Counted from the first letter of the whole stretch, positions 1-13,225 are shown. The stretch is 63,103 nucleotides of DNA, filler included, from 18 parts of 18 records of this genome joined end to end with filler, not necessarily neighbours in it; one strand, 5' to 3'. The notes: generated by a model from the letters alone, not told the origin. Numbers and translations are program-made.

Positions 1-1712
1 AAGACATTTTTCACCACGCTAAAATGTTCATGATAATCACCCACCGTACCGCAAATCATTGCATCGGCTTCCCCACGCTGAACCATGATCGCGCCGATCA
101 CTGTCGGGTTACTGATCAGCGCCCGCTGCGCCTGTTCCTGAGTGACGCCGCGACGCTTCATGATCTGGAAGTATTCGGTCCAGTACTCTTTAAAGCGCGG
201 ATCGGATTCGTTATTGACGATCTCAAAATCAACGCCCGCTTTGATCTGCAAGCCCAGTTTCTGAATGCGCATTTCGATCACGTTCGGACGACCGATAAGG
301 ATCGGTTTCGCCAGTCCCAGCGTTACCAGTTCCTGAGTGGCATGCAGAACGCGCGCCTCTTCCCCTTCCGGCAGAACAACGCGCTTCGGCGCTTTGCGAG
401 CCTGGGAGAAAATCGGCTTCATAAACAGGTTGGTTTTGTAAACGAACTCAGTCAGCTTGTCGATGTAGACGTCGAAATCAGCAATCGGACGAGTCGCCAC
501 GCCCGACTCCATCGCGGCTTTAGCGACCGCAGGAGCGATCTTAACGATCAAGCGCGGATCAAACGGTTTTGGAATGATGTATTCCGGACCAAAGCTCAGA
601 TCCTGATCGCCATACGCTGAAGCCACCACTTCGCTCTGTTCCGCATGGGCGAGTTCTGCAATCGCACGTACCGCCGCCAGTTTCATCTCTTCGTTGATGG
701 CGGTTGCGCCAACGTCCAGCGCGCCACGGAAGATGAACGGGAAGCACAGGACGTTGTTCACCTGGTTCGGATAGTCAGAACGACCGGTGCAAATGATGGC
801 ATCCGGACGCACTTCTTTCGCCAGCGGCGGCAGAATTTCCGGTTCCGGGTTCGCCAGCGCCAGGATCATTGGCGCACGAGCCATTTTCTTCACCATTTCC
901 TGGGTCAGCACTTTCGGGCCGGAACAGCCCAGGAAAATATCCGCGCCTTCAATCACATCATCGAGGGTACGTTTGCCGTCATCCACCACCGCATATGCGG
1001 CTTTGGTTTCCGCCATGTTTGGCTCACGGCCCTGATAGATAACGCCTTTTGAATCGCAAACCACGATGTTATGTTTTTGCAGACCCAGCGCTACCAGCAG
1101 GTTCATACAGGCGATTGCTGCGGCACCCGCGCCGGAAACCACCATCCGCACGTCGGAGATGTTTTTCTCCACCACGCGCAAGCCGTTGAGGATGGCGGCA
1201 GTGCTGATAATTGCCGTGCCGTGCTGATCGTCGTGGAATACCGGAATATTCATCCGCTCGCGCAGTTTCTGTTCAATATAGAAACATTCTGGCGCTTTAA
1301 TGTCTTCGAGGTTGATGCCGCCGAAGGTTGGTTCGAGCGCGGCGACAACTTCAATAAATTTGTCCGGGTCGAGTTCGTCAACTTCAATGTCAAATACATC
1401 AATCCCGGCGAATTTCTTAAACAGAACGCCCTTGCCTTCCATCACCGGTTTGCCTGCCAGCGCGCCAATGTTGCCTAACCCCAGCACCGCCGTACCGTTA
1501 GAGATCACCGCCACCAGGTTACCTCGGGCGGTATATTTGTAGGCTTTTAACGGGTCTTTTTCGATTTCAAGACAAGGTGCGGCAACGCCTGGTGAGTAGG
1601 CCAGCGCCAGATCGCGCTGTGTTGCCAGAGGCTTGGTTGGAGAAACCTGGATTTTCCCTGGAACTGGAAATTCATGGAAATCAAGTGCACTTTGTTTTAA
1701 CTGGTCATCCAT
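1..1712 (-). CDS. maeB: NADP-dependent malic enzyme (5' part; runs off window start)
   Basis: Minus strand reads [43 protein letters not shown]... from ATG at 1712. Contains FHDDQHGTA and GAGAAAIA motifs; divergent from talA as in E. coli. Confidence 0.97.
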   Translation of the reverse strand, partial: MDDQLKQSALDFHEFPVPGKIQVSPTKPLATQRDLALAYSPGVAAPCLEIEKDPLKAYKYTARGNLVAVISNGTAVLGLGNIGALAGKPVMEGKGVLFKKFAGIDVFDIEVDELDPDKFIEVVAALEPTFGGINLEDIKAPECFYIEQKLRERMNIPVFHDDQHGTAIISTAAILNGLRVVEKNISDVRMVVSGAGAAAIACMNLLVALGLQKHNIVVCDSKGVIYQGREPNMAETKAAYAVVDDGKRTLDDVIEGADIFLGCSGPKVLTQEMVKKMARAPMILALANPEPEILPPLAKEVRPDAIICTGRSDYPNQVNNVLCFPFIFRGALDVGATAINEEMKLAAVRAIAELAHAEQSEVVASAYGDQDLSFGPEYIIPKPFDPRLIVKIAPAVAKAAMESGVATRPIADFDVYIDKLTEFVYKTNLFMKPIFSQARKAPKRVVLPEGEEARVLHATQELVTLGLAKPILIGRPNVIEMRIQKLGLQIKAGVDFEIVNNESDPRFKEYWTEYFQIMKRRGVTQEQAQRALISNPTVIGAIMVQRGEADAMICGTVGDYHEHFSVVKNV

Positions 1713-2000
1713 TTGGTTGTTCCTTTCACGTAACGTTCACAAATAAAGTGTGTGGGCAACAGCCCCTGCCCACAACGTGGCGCACATTATTACCCTGCCG
1801 GAGTCTACAGACTTTGAGCAAGTCCAAACTCTCACCATTAATATAATGTTTTGGTAATAATCCTATAACACTGATGTTACCTGCTTAATCCAGCAATACC
1901 ATGCCTGTCTGCTATGCTTTTTTGATGCGTTTAGCGAAATTTCTCAGAAGTGTGAATTAACGCACTCATCTAACACTTTACTTTTCAAGGAGTATTTCCT

Positions 2001-2951
2001 ATGAACGAGTTAGACGGCATCAAACAGTTCACCACTGTCGTGGCAGACAGCGGCGATATTGAGTCCATTCGCCATTATCATCCCCAGGATGCCACCACCA
2101 ATCCTTCGCTGTTACTCAAAGCTGCCGGATTATCACAATATGAGCATTTAATAGACGATGCTATCGCCTGGGGTAAAAAAAATGGCAAGACCCAGGAACA
2201 ACAGGTGGTCGCAGCGTGTGACAAACTGGCGGTCAATTTCGGTGCTGAAATCCTCAAAATCGTACCCGGTCGCGTGTCAACAGAAGTTGATGCACGCCTC
2301 TCTTTTGATAAAGAAAAGAGTATTGAGAAGGCGCGCCATCTGGTGGACTTGTATCAGCAACAAGGCGTTGAGAAATCACGCATTCTGATCAAGCTGGCTT
2401 CGACCTGGGAAGGAATTCGCGCGGCAGAAGAGCTGGAAAAAGAAGGTATTAACTGCAACCTGACGCTGCTGTTTTCTTTTGCACAGGCACGGGCCTGTGC
2501 GGAAGCAGGCGTTTTTCTGATTTCGCCGTTTGTCGGGCGTATTTATGACTGGTATCAGGCACGCAAGCCGATGGACCCGTATGTGGTGGAAGAAGATCCG
2601 GGCGTTAAATCGGTGCGCAATATCTACGACTACTATAAGCAACACCACTATGAAACCATTGTGATGGGCGCGAGCTTCCGTCGCACCGAACAAATCCTCG
2701 CCTTAACCGGCTGCGATCGACTGACTATCGCACCGAATTTACTGAAGGAGCTGCAGGAAAAAGTTTCGCCAGTGGTACGTAAATTAATCCCACCTTCTCA
2801 GACGTTCCCACGCCCAGCTCCCATGAGCGAAGCGGAGTTCCGTTGGGAGCACAATCAGGATGCGATGGCGGTAGAAAAACTGTCTGAAGGCATTCGTCTG
2901 TTCGCCGTTGATCAACGCAAACTGGAAGATCTTCTTGCCGCCAAACTATAA
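2001..2951 (+). CDS. talA: transaldolase A
   Basis: 316 aa, [27 protein letters not shown] and ILIKLAST motifs; AGGAG RBS. Confidence 0.98.
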   Translation: MNELDGIKQFTTVVADSGDIESIRHYHPQDATTNPSLLLKAAGLSQYEHLIDDAIAWGKKNGKTQEQQVVAACDKLAVNFGAEILKIVPGRVSTEVDARLSFDKEKSIEKARHLVDLYQQQGVEKSRILIKLASTWEGIRAAEELEKEGINCNLTLLFSFAQARACAEAGVFLISPFVGRIYDWYQARKPMDPYVVEEDPGVKSVRNIYDYYKQHHYETIVMGASFRRTEQILALTGCDRLTIAPNLLKELQEKVSPVVRKLIPPSQTFPRPAPMSEAEFRWEHNQDAMAVEKLSEGIRLFAVDQRKLEDLLAAKL

Positions 2952-2970
2952 ACCAGCCACGGAGTGTTAT

Positions 2971-3248
2971 ATGTCCCGAAAAGACCTTGCCAATGCGATT
3001 CGCGCACTCAGTATGGATGCGGTACAAAAAGCCAACTCTGGTCATCCCGGCGCGCCGATGGGCATGGCTGATATTGCCGAAGTGCTGTGGAACGATTTTC
3101 TTAAACATAACCCTACCGACCCAACCTGGTATGATCGCGACCGCTTTATTCTTTCCAACGGTCACGCGTCGATGCTGCTCTACAGTTTGCTACATCTGAC
3201 CGGTTACGACCTGCCGCTGGAAGAACTGAAGAACTTCCGTCAGTTGCA
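2971..3248 (+). CDS. tktB: transketolase 2 (5' fragment)
   Basis: [31 protein letters not shown]...DRFILSNGH; follows talA; truncated by gap. Confidence 0.96.
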
Positions 3249-3348
3249 NNNNNNNNNNNNNNNNNNNNNNNNNNNNNNNNNNNNNNNNNNNNTTAATTAA
3301 TTAANNNNNNNNNNNNNNNNNNNNNNNNNNNNNNNNNNNNNNNNNNNN
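3249..3348. other. artificial contig spacer (44N-TTAATTAATTAA-44N); first of 17 identical copies
   Basis: Same 100-nt spacer starts at 3249, 8088, 11494, 15452, 20430, 25203, 29433, 33574, 35847, 38155, 42928, 46325, 49045, 51400, 54253, 56967 and 60889; flanking genes are unrelated across each one. Confidence 0.99.
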
Positions 3349-3530
3349 GTACTTACCGGGAAGCCCGGCAGCTTTTCGTAGGAAATTGCGACAGCGTTCT
3401 CAATCTGATCGGCCAGCGCGCCGAGCCCGGAACCTAAAATAAAGGCCACTCGTGGCGTGAAATCAGGTTTATAAGTCTTGATAATATCTATGCAAAACAG
3501 CGGGTTATGAGAAAATTGAACCTGAGACAT
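3349..3530 (-). CDS. xapA: xanthosine phosphorylase (5' fragment)
   Basis: MSQVQFSHNPLFCIDIIKTYKPDFTPRVAFILGSGLG, with the PNP-family GSGLG motif; divergent from yfeN. Confidence 0.93.
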
Positions 3531-3778
3531 ACATATCCTTTTTCTGTAGGGTGGAATCTAACGCCTTTTTATAGCGAGGTTGTCCCGGCTCTTACCAATA
3601 CACTTTTCTCACGCATTCAATAGCGATTCGATATCGATGGATTTATATCTTTTCTCTATTAATCCACGGTAAAAACTGTATTGGCGATATTAATTCCTTT
3701 GCATTAACAATATGTCGTTTTTAGCAAACCACTTTATTAAGCAATCTACTAATAACGATCGGCATAGGGAATTATGCT

Positions 3779-4543
3779 ATGAAAAAACATCTTTTAACTC
3801 TGACACTTTCCTCTATATTAGCGATACCTGTTGTATCTCATGCAGAATTTAAAGGCGGTTTTGCAGATATCGGCGTGCATTATCTGGACTGGACCAGCCG
3901 GACTACCGAAAAATCGTCGACCAAATCACACAAAGATGATTTTGGTTATCTTGAATTTGAAGGTGGCGCTAACTTTAGTTGGGGAGAAATGTACGGGTTC
4001 TTCGACTGGGAAAACTTCTATAACGGTCGCCATAATAAACCAGGTAGCGAGCAGCGTTATACCTTTAAAAATACCAACCGTATTTACCTGGGTGACACCG
4101 GATTTAATCTCTACTTGCATGCGTATGGCACCTACGGTTCTGCGAATCGCGTGAATTTCCACGACGATATGTTCCTGTACGGTATCGGCTACAATTTCAC
4201 CGGCAGCGGTTGGTGGTTCAAACCGTTCTTTGCTAAGCGTTATACAGATCAAACCTATTACACTGGCGACAACGGCTATGTCGCCGGCTGGGTTGCAGGT
4301 TACAACTTTATGCTGGGCAGCGAGAAATTCACTCTTACCAACTGGAACGAGTACGAGTTTGACCGTGACGCTACCTATGCAGCGGGTAATGGCGGTAAAG
4401 AAGGGCTGAATGGCGCAGTTGCACTGTGGTGGAATGCAACATCACACATTACTACGGGGATTCAGTATCGATATGCGGATGACAAACTGGGCGAAGATTT
4501 TTACCAGGATGCGATAATCTACTCCATCAAATTTAACTTCTGA
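3779..4543 (+). CDS. yfeN: outer membrane porin-like protein (Tsx/OmpK family)
   Basis: 254 aa with signal peptide and C-terminal Phe (IKFNF); E. coli synteny xapA-yfeN-yfeR. Confidence 0.92.
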   Translation: MKKHLLTLTLSSILAIPVVSHAEFKGGFADIGVHYLDWTSRTTEKSSTKSHKDDFGYLEFEGGANFSWGEMYGFFDWENFYNGRHNKPGSEQRYTFKNTNRIYLGDTGFNLYLHAYGTYGSANRVNFHDDMFLYGIGYNFTGSGWWFKPFFAKRYTDQTYYTGDNGYVAGWVAGYNFMLGSEKFTLTNWNEYEFDRDATYAAGNGGKEGLNGAVALWWNATSHITTGIQYRYADDKLGEDFYQDAIIYSIKFNF

Positions 4544-4581
4544 TTGATTACTGCCGGGGCTCCCGGCAGTATGAATTCACT

Positions 4582-5508
4582 CTATATCTGATACAACGGA
4601 TCCCCTTCCCGCCCAGCCATTAGCGCATTGCCCTGGTCTCGTACCACGTCCCATAAAGCTTCAGCGGCGGTGGAAAGTGAACGGTTCTTCCTGCGCACCA
4701 GCATCAACTGGCGTTCAACAACCGGCGTAATGCGCTTTACCACCAGTGGGCTACCTTCAGGCAATGGTAGCGCCAGTGCGGGAAGAATACTGATGCCGAT
4801 GCCTGCGGCTACCATCGGGAACAGCGTCGCCGGATGTCCAATCTCCTGCACAATATTCGCCTGAATACCATTGCGCGCCAGCGCTGCGTCAATCAGCGGT
4901 CGGCTGCCTGACGCGTAATCCTGCAACACCAATTTCGCTCCCTGTAATGCCTGCCAGGGTACATAATCTTCCACGGCCAAAGCGCTATCGCGATGGCAAA
5001 GCAGAAAGAAAGGCTCGGAAAGAATCGCTTCACATTGCAGATCGCCCACTGGGCCTGGATCGATGACGATGCCAAAATCGACATCTCCCTGGCGAATACT
5101 TTCCATTACCCACTGCTGCGGACGATCGTGCAGGACAAACTGAATATCTGGATAGCGGCGATGGCTTTCAGCAATGCATTGCGGAATAAGATGCGCGGAA
5201 ATGGTCTGGCTGGCAGCGACCCGAACTTTTCCGCTCAGTTGTTGCCCCATACGCCCGGTATCGCGCAACGTGCTGTTCAGTTCATCCAGCAGTCGCTCAA
5301 GACGCAAAGCCAGCTGCTGCCCTGCATCTGTAAGCACCACTTCACGCGTGGTTCTGTCCAGCAGGCGAACACCAGTATGATTTTCCAGTTCCTTCACACT
5401 GTGACTCACTGCCGACTGGCTCAGGCCGATACGCTCTCCTGCACGACTAAAACTTTTCTCCTGCGCTACTGTGACGAAAACCTTTAATTGTTTTAAAGAA
5501 TAATTCAT
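4582..5508 (-). CDS. yfeR: LysR-family transcriptional regulator
   Basis: N-terminal LysR HTH ([24 protein letters not shown]), 308 aa, divergent from yfeH. Confidence 0.93.
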
Positions 5509-5597
5509 CTGTTTTCTTCATGAATGGATGCAATAAATCAATTTTATTTCTCAAACTGGAAGAAGCACAATAGAACCATCGATCATCTGGAGTCTTT

Positions 5598-6596
5598 ATG
5601 AAACTTTTTCGTATCCTCGATCCTTTCACCTTAACCCTGATCACGGTGGTGTTGCTGGCCTCTTTCTTTCCGGCCAGAGGCGATTTCGTCCCCTTCTTTG
5701 AAAATCTGACCACCGCAGCTATTGCCCTGCTGTTCTTTATGCACGGCGCGAAGTTGTCGCGTGAGGCGATTATTGCTGGCGGTGGTCACTGGCGACTGCA
5801 TTTGTGGGTAATGTGCAGCACCTTCGTGCTGTTTCCGATTCTGGGTGTACTGTTTGCCTGGTGGAAACCGGTAAATGTCGACCCGATGCTCTACTCCGGT
5901 TTTCTCTACTTGTGCATTCTCCCGGCTACCGTGCAGTCTGCAATCGCCTTCACGTCAATGGCGGGCGGTAACGTCGCGGCAGCGGTTTGTTCTGCGTCGG
6001 CATCCAGCCTGCTGGGGATTTTCCTTTCACCATTGCTGGTTGGTCTGGTGATGAATGTTCACGGTGCAGGGGGCAGCCTTGAGCAGGTCGGTAAAATTAT
6101 GCTGCAACTGCTGCTGCCGTTTGTGTTGGGGCATCTTTCCCGGCCGTGGATTGGTGACTGGGTGTCGCGCAATAAAAAATGGATTGCGAAAACTGACCAG
6201 ACGTCCATTCTGTTGGTGGTTTATACAGCGTTCAGCGAAGCCGTCGTTAATGGTATCTGGCATAAAGTTGGCTGGGGATCATTGCTGTTTATCGTGGTGG
6301 TCAGCTGCGTTCTTCTGGCTATCGTGATTGTAGTTAACGTCTTTATGGCACGCCGACTGAGCTTCAATAAGGCAGATGAAATTACTATCGTCTTTTGTGG
6401 TTCGAAAAAGAGTCTGGCAAATGGCATCCCGATGGCAAACATTCTGTTCCCCACATCGGTGATCGGTATGATGGTGCTGCCCCTGATGATTTTCCATCAG
6501 ATCCAATTGATGGTCTGTGCGGTGCTGGCGCGTCGATACAAACGCCAGACCGAACAGTTACAGGCGCAGCAGGAAAGCAGCGCCGATAAAGCTTAA
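5598..6596 (+). CDS. yfeH: bile acid:sodium symporter family membrane protein
   Basis: 332 aa, highly hydrophobic, LPATVQS and GSKKSLANG motifs. Confidence 0.92.
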   Translation: MKLFRILDPFTLTLITVVLLASFFPARGDFVPFFENLTTAAIALLFFMHGAKLSREAIIAGGGHWRLHLWVMCSTFVLFPILGVLFAWWKPVNVDPMLYSGFLYLCILPATVQSAIAFTSMAGGNVAAAVCSASASSLLGIFLSPLLVGLVMNVHGAGGSLEQVGKIMLQLLLPFVLGHLSRPWIGDWVSRNKKWIAKTDQTSILLVVYTAFSEAVVNGIWHKVGWGSLLFIVVVSCVLLAIVIVVNVFMARRLSFNKADEITIVFCGSKKSLANGIPMANILFPTSVIGMMVLPLMIFHQIQLMVCAVLARRYKRQTEQLQAQQESSADKA

Positions 6597-6810
6597 AGCG
6601 GACGCTTCAGGGGCTGGACCAGTTGCGTCAGCCCCTCGGTTTTAATCAGCAGCGTGATTTGCATTAGCTCACCGAGCTTCCCTGCCGGGAACTCATCTTT
6701 GCGGGCAAACCACAGCAGATACTCCTCCGGCAGGTCGATTAAGCGACGCCCTTTGATTTGCCAAACGGCATTATCGTATTGGCTATTTCAATCAGCTGCT
6801 CTTTTTCCAT
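6593..6810 (-). CDS. ypeB: DUF3820 small protein, with apparent 1-nt deletion
   Basis: MEKEQLIEIANTIMPFGK... then, after a frame change, GRRLIDLPEEYLLWF...QPLKRPL*. Span is 218 nt, not a multiple of 3 (GGCAAATCAAAGGG where TAC AAA is expected). Confidence 0.85.
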
Positions 6811-6811
6811 C

Positions 6812-8087
<1,276 letters not shown>

Positions 8088-8187
8088 NNNNNNNNNNNNN
8101 NNNNNNNNNNNNNNNNNNNNNNNNNNNNNNNTTAATTAATTAANNNNNNNNNNNNNNNNNNNNNNNNNNNNNNNNNNNNNNNNNNNN

Positions 8188-8217
8188 TTTGATAAAAATC
8201 ATTAGGGGATTCATCAG
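8188..8217 (-). mobile_element. IS10/Tn10 outside end (30 nt visible)
   Basis: Reverse complement is CTGATGAATCCCCTAATGATTTTTATCAAA, the IS10 outer terminal repeat. Adjacent 9-mer CACATAGCG partly fits the NGCTNAGCN target consensus. Confidence 0.9.
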
Positions 8218-8705
8218 CACATAGCGTCAACATTCAATGACATAATGAGTAAAGATGTTGGTTATGCATACGTATCATTACTCTATGCCTGTCCCTTAAA
8301 AACCCACTCATTAAGACTGAATCCATTCAGCAAATGATAACCAATATTATAGCAATGCCAATAAAACAATATTTAAAACATTCAATAAAATATCACACAC
8401 AGATAATTAAACCTTAAATAACAAATGGTTGCGTTAATTTCAGTTGATTTACGATACACATTTCTCATGAATAATGCGTCATTTCAAATGATCAGCAATA
8501 TTTACATTAAATAAGACTAAACTTATTGAACATTCGCAACAGCCCAAATGTAGGTTTTGGGCTGCAATAGTTCTTTTCTTTTTTATTATCTGTTGTCTGG
8601 TAATCATCAATAGATACTAAGGGCTTAACCGTATAGATATAACGTATCAAGAGGTAGGAGAAACAGCGCCATATGCAGACATGGCGCGGTTTTATGCAAT
8701 AACAA

Positions 8706-10739
8706 TCACGCGTCCGGGAACATCACGCTATGGCCCGGCGCTTCACGATGGAGATGAATAAAGTTAAGGTGCCGCTCGTACTGGTCAAGAATATCGGTGA
8801 TCACCTGCTCTTTGCTGTAGTCCATCAGGTCGTTGCCCTGGCTGCCTTCTAACAGGAAGGTTTCCAGCCGGTAGTAGGTCGATTTACCGCTGCGTGCGCG
8901 GTAGGTAAAGCCCGGCACCGAATATTGCTGCGGCCAAATCTGATAGACAAAGTTTTGCTCTTCGCCCATATGCACCAACAAATCCAGATGACCCAACTGC
9001 TGTCCCTCTTCCGGTGGCAGGCTTTTTAGCTCCACGTACGCGCCGCGCAACCGCAACTCCTGCGCCACTTCTTCCATTGCCGGGTAACAGACCGTCTCCA
9101 TCATCTGTTTAGTGTAACGCGTGCCCGGATAATTCATCAGGCGCGAGAGACGTTTTTTCCAGCTCAGGCGATCCTGAAGCCCCAGCGGTCGCGGTGCGGT
9201 ATCGCGGTTGGCACTTTCACGGCGGTAATCTTCTACCTTCAGAGATTTATACAACCCCGCCATCACGAAGAAGATCACAAAGCTGAACGGCAGCCCCATA
9301 ATCACCGTGGTGTTTTGCAGCGCGGATATCCCGTTAGTCATCAGCATGCCGAGCGTCAGCAGGCCAATCGCCACCGACCAGAAGACGCGCAGCCAGCCGG
9401 GGGCGTCGCTGTTGATATCTTTAAGCTGCGAGGTGAAATTCCCCAGCACCAGCGCCCCGGAGTCCGCCGAGGTCACATAAAACAGCAGGCCAGTAATGGT
9501 GGCGACGGAGGCGCTAAAGGTAAACGCCGGATACTGCGCCAGCAGGCTGTAGAAGCCGCGCTCCGGATGGACCATCGCTTCCTCGGCAAATGCCGCGCCG
9601 CCGTGGATGATTTCATACAGCGCGCTATTGCCGAACACCGAGAGCCATAACAGCGTGAAGGTAAACGGAATAATCAACGTGCCCAGCACGAACTGGCGAA
9701 TGGTACGCCCACGCGAGATACGCGCCAGGAACAAGCCGACAAACGGCGACCATGCCACCCACCATGCCCAGAAGAAGAGCGTCCAGTTATTCATCCACTC
9801 AACCGGACGGTCGAAGGCAAAACTGTTGAGCGTCATGCCCATAAAGCGATTCACATAGTCGCCAACATTCAGCACCAGTGCATTAAGCAGGAACGAAGTG
9901 TCGCCCATAAACAATACGAACAGGATCAATCCCAGCGCCAGCGCGACATTAAGCTCCGATAACACGCGAATGCCCTTATCGACACCGGAGGTGACAGAGA
10001 TCGTGGCGATTATCACCGACAAGGCGATCAGTGCCGCTTTCGCCGCCATCGAATCGGGAATATCAAACAGTACGCTCAAGCCATAGTTAAGCTGCACCAC
10101 ACCGATACCGAGCGTAGTGGCAATACCGAAGATAGTGCCGATCACCGCTGCAATATCCACTGAGTGACCTATCGGCCCGTTAATCCGTTTACCGAAGATC
10201 GGGTACAGCGCCGAGCGGATGGTGAGCGGCAAATTATAACGATAGCTAAAGTATCCGAGCGCCATGCCCATCAGCGCATACATCGACCAGCCGGTTAAGC
10301 CGTAGTGAAACAGCGTCCAGACCATCGCCTGACGCGCGGCCTCAATCGTCTGTCCCGCGCCTTCCGGCGGCTGCATATACTGCGTTACCGGTTCGGCTAC
10401 GGAGAAGAACATCAGGTCGATACCGATCCCGGCAGCAAACAGCATCGCCGCCCAACTCAGCAGGCTGAATTCCGGTTTGGATTGTTCTGGCCCGAGCTTC
10501 ACCGAACCAAAACGCGAACAAGCGATACAGACCACAAAGACAATATAGAGCGTTGCCGCCAGCAGATAGTACCAACCGAAGGTTTTAGAAACCCAGTCCA
10601 GCGTGCGGCCAATCCACAGGGCCGAGAAGTCGCGAAACAGGATCGTTGTCAGGGAAAACAACAAAATCAGTCCGGCGGAGGTGTAAAACACCACCGGATT
10701 GATTTTGTCCTTTTCCCTGCTGTGTGAAAGGTCTGTCAT
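8706..10739 (-). CDS. betT: choline:H+ symporter (BCCT family)
   Basis: 677 aa, WTLFFWAWWVAWSPFVGLFLARISRGRTIRQF BCCT signature; divergent from betI. Confidence 0.98.
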   Translation of the reverse strand: MTDLSHSREKDKINPVVFYTSAGLILLFSLTTILFRDFSALWIGRTLDWVSKTFGWYYLLAATLYIVFVVCIACSRFGSVKLGPEQSKPEFSLLSWAAMLFAAGIGIDLMFFSVAEPVTQYMQPPEGAGQTIEAARQAMVWTLFHYGLTGWSMYALMGMALGYFSYRYNLPLTIRSALYPIFGKRINGPIGHSVDIAAVIGTIFGIATTLGIGVVQLNYGLSVLFDIPDSMAAKAALIALSVIIATISVTSGVDKGIRVLSELNVALALGLILFVLFMGDTSFLLNALVLNVGDYVNRFMGMTLNSFAFDRPVEWMNNWTLFFWAWWVAWSPFVGLFLARISRGRTIRQFVLGTLIIPFTFTLLWLSVFGNSALYEIIHGGAAFAEEAMVHPERGFYSLLAQYPAFTFSASVATITGLLFYVTSADSGALVLGNFTSQLKDINSDAPGWLRVFWSVAIGLLTLGMLMTNGISALQNTTVIMGLPFSFVIFFVMAGLYKSLKVEDYRRESANRDTAPRPLGLQDRLSWKKRLSRLMNYPGTRYTKQMMETVCYPAMEEVAQELRLRGAYVELKSLPPEEGQQLGHLDLLVHMGEEQNFVYQIWPQQYSVPGFTYRARSGKSTYYRLETFLLEGSQGNDLMDYSKEQVITDILDQYERHLNFIHLHREAPGHSVMFPDA

Positions 10740-10800
10740 CCAGTATCCCCACTGTTATTGTTACTATTTAAAATCAAATTCGTAACAATTAAGACACATT

Positions 10801-10822
10801 TTATATTGAACGTCCAATCAAT
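10801..10822. promoter_or_regulatory. BetI operator in the divergent betT/betI promoter region
   Basis: Imperfect palindrome TTATATTGAACGTCCAATCAAT between the two start codons. Confidence 0.75.
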
Positions 10823-10867
10823 AACCGCTTTAATAGATAAACACCGCTGATGAATGGAGTGGCGAAA

Positions 10868-11455
10868 ATGCCCAAATTGGGGATGCAGTCGATCCGGCGC
10901 AGACAACTGATCGACGCCACACTGGAAGCAATAAATGAAGTGGGCATGCACGATGCAACGATCGCGCAGATCGCCCGCCGTGCAGGCGTTTCTACGGGGA
11001 TCATCAGCCACTATTTCAGGGACAAAAATGGTCTGCTGGAAGCAACCATGCGCGATATCACCAGTCAGCTGCGTGACGCGGTTTTGAATCGATTACATGC
11101 ACTTCCGCAGGGCAGTGCAGAGCAGCGATTACAGGCGATTGTTGGCGGAAACTTCGATGAAACGCAGGTGAGCAGTGCGGCGATGAAAGCCTGGCTGGCG
11201 TTCTGGGCCAGCAGTATGCATCAGCCGATGCTCTATCGTTTACAGCAGGTCAGCAGCCGCCGCTTGCTGTCGAATCTGGTGAGCGAGTTTCGTCGCGAAT
11301 TGCCGCGCGAACAGGCACAGGAAGCGGGCTACGGCCTGGCCGCGCTGATTGATGGATTATGGCTGCGCGCGGCTCTGAGCGGCAAACCGCTGGATAAAAC
11401 CCGCGCTAATTCCCTGACCCGCCACTTTATCACTCAGCATCTACCCACCGATTAA
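10868..11455 (+). CDS. betI: TetR-family repressor
   Basis: [19 protein letters not shown]..., TetR HTH, 195 aa. Confidence 0.97.
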
Positions 11456-11468
11456 CCGAGGAGACGTG

Positions 11469-11493
11469 ATGTCCCGAATGGCAGAACAGCAGC
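11469..11493 (+). CDS. betB: betaine aldehyde dehydrogenase (first 8 codons)
   Basis: MSRMAEQQ after GAGGAG RBS, directly downstream of betI. Confidence 0.85.
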
Positions 11494-11593
11494 NNNNNNN
11501 NNNNNNNNNNNNNNNNNNNNNNNNNNNNNNNNNNNNNTTAATTAATTAANNNNNNNNNNNNNNNNNNNNNNNNNNNNNNNNNNNNNNNNNNNN

Positions 11594-13211
11594 GCTGACA
11601 CAAAACGAAGAACTGTGGGAACCGCTCTACGCTTGCTACCAGTCACTTCAGGCGTGTGGCATGGGTATTATCGCCAACGGCGATCTGCTCGACACCCTGC
11701 GCCGCGTGAAATGTTTCGGCGTACCGCTGGTCCGTATTGATATCCGTCAGGAGAGCACGCGTCATACCGAAGCGCTGGGCGAGCTGACCCGCTACCTCGG
11801 TATCGGCGACTACGAAAGCTGGTCAGAGGCCGACAAACAGGCGTTCCTGATCCGCGAACTGAACTCCAAACGTCCGCTTCTGCCGCGCAACTGGCAACCA
11901 AGCGCCGAAACGCGCGAAGTGCTCGATACCTGCCAGGTGATTGCCGAAGCACCGCAAGGCTCCATTGCCGCCTACGTGATCTCGATGGCGAAAACGCCGT
12001 CCGACGTACTGGCTGTCCACCTGCTGCTGAAAGAAGCGGGTATCGGGTTTGCGATGCCGGTTGCTCCGCTGTTTGAAACCCTCGATGATCTGAACAACGC
12101 CAACGATGTCATGACCCAGCTGCTCAATATTGACTGGTATCGTGGCCTGATTCAGGGCAAACAGATGGTGATGATTGGCTATTCCGACTCAGCAAAAGAT
12201 GCGGGAGTGATGGCAGCTTCCTGGGCGCAATATCAGGCACAGGATGCATTAATCAAAACCTGCGAAAAAGCGGGTATTGAGCTGACGTTGTTCCACGGTC
12301 GCGGCGGTTCCATTGGTCGCGGCGGCGCACCTGCTCATGCGGCGCTGCTGTCACAACCGCCAGGAAGCCTGAAAGGCGGCCTGCGCGTAACCGAACAGGG
12401 CGAGATGATCCGCTTTAAATATGGTCTGCCAGAAATCACCGTCAGCAGCCTGTCGCTTTATACCGGGGCGATTCTGGAAGCCAACCTGCTGCCACCGCCG
12501 GAGCCGAAAGAGAGCTGGCGTCGCATTATGGATGAACTGTCAGTCATCTCCTGCGATGTCTACCGCGGCTACGTACGTGAAAACAAAGATTTTGTGCCTT
12601 ACTTCCGCTCCGCTACGCCGGAACAAGAACTGGGCAAACTGCCGTTGGGTTCACGTCCGGCGAAACGTCGCCCAACCGGCGGCGTCGAGTCACTACGCGC
12701 CATTCCGTGGATCTTCGCCTGGACGCAAAACCGTCTGATGCTCCCCGCCTGGCTGGGTGCAGGTACGGCGCTGCAAAAAGTGGTCGAAGACGGCAAACAG
12801 AGCGAGCTGGAGGCTATGTGCCGCGATTGGCCATTCTTCTCGACGCGTCTCGGCATGCTGGAGATGGTCTTCGCCAAAGCAGACCTGTGGCTGGCGGAAT
12901 ACTATGACCAACGCCTGGTAGACAAAGCACTGTGGCCGTTAGGTAAAGAGTTACGCAACCTGCAAGAAGAAGACATCAAAGTGGTGCTGGCGATTGCCAA
13001 CGATTCCCATCTGATGGCCGATCTGCCGTGGATTGCAGAGTCTATTCAGCTACGGAATATTTACACCGACCCGCTGAACGTATTGCAGGCCGAGTTGCTG
13101 CACCGCTCCCGCCAGGCAGAAAAAGAAGGCCAGGAACCGGATCCTCGCGTCGAACAAGCGTTAATGGTCACTATTGCCGGGATTGCGGCAGGTATGCGTA
13201 ATACCGGCTAA
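11594..13211 (+). CDS. ppc: phosphoenolpyruvate carboxylase (3' part)
   Basis: [32 protein letters not shown]-terminus GMRNTG. Confidence 0.98.
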
Positions 13212-13225
13212 TCTTCCTCTTCTGC

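Noticed and set aside
24..1846. Several plus-strand ORFs of 80-198 aa
   Set aside because: Antisense shadows of maeB; similar shadow ORFs lie opposite ligA, pgk, metG and the IPT gene
3293..3304. Recurrent TTAATTAATTAA palindrome (17 copies) as a biological repeat, CRISPR-like unit or recombination site
   Set aside because: Always centred in exactly 44+44 Ns; it is a synthetic six-frame-stop spacer
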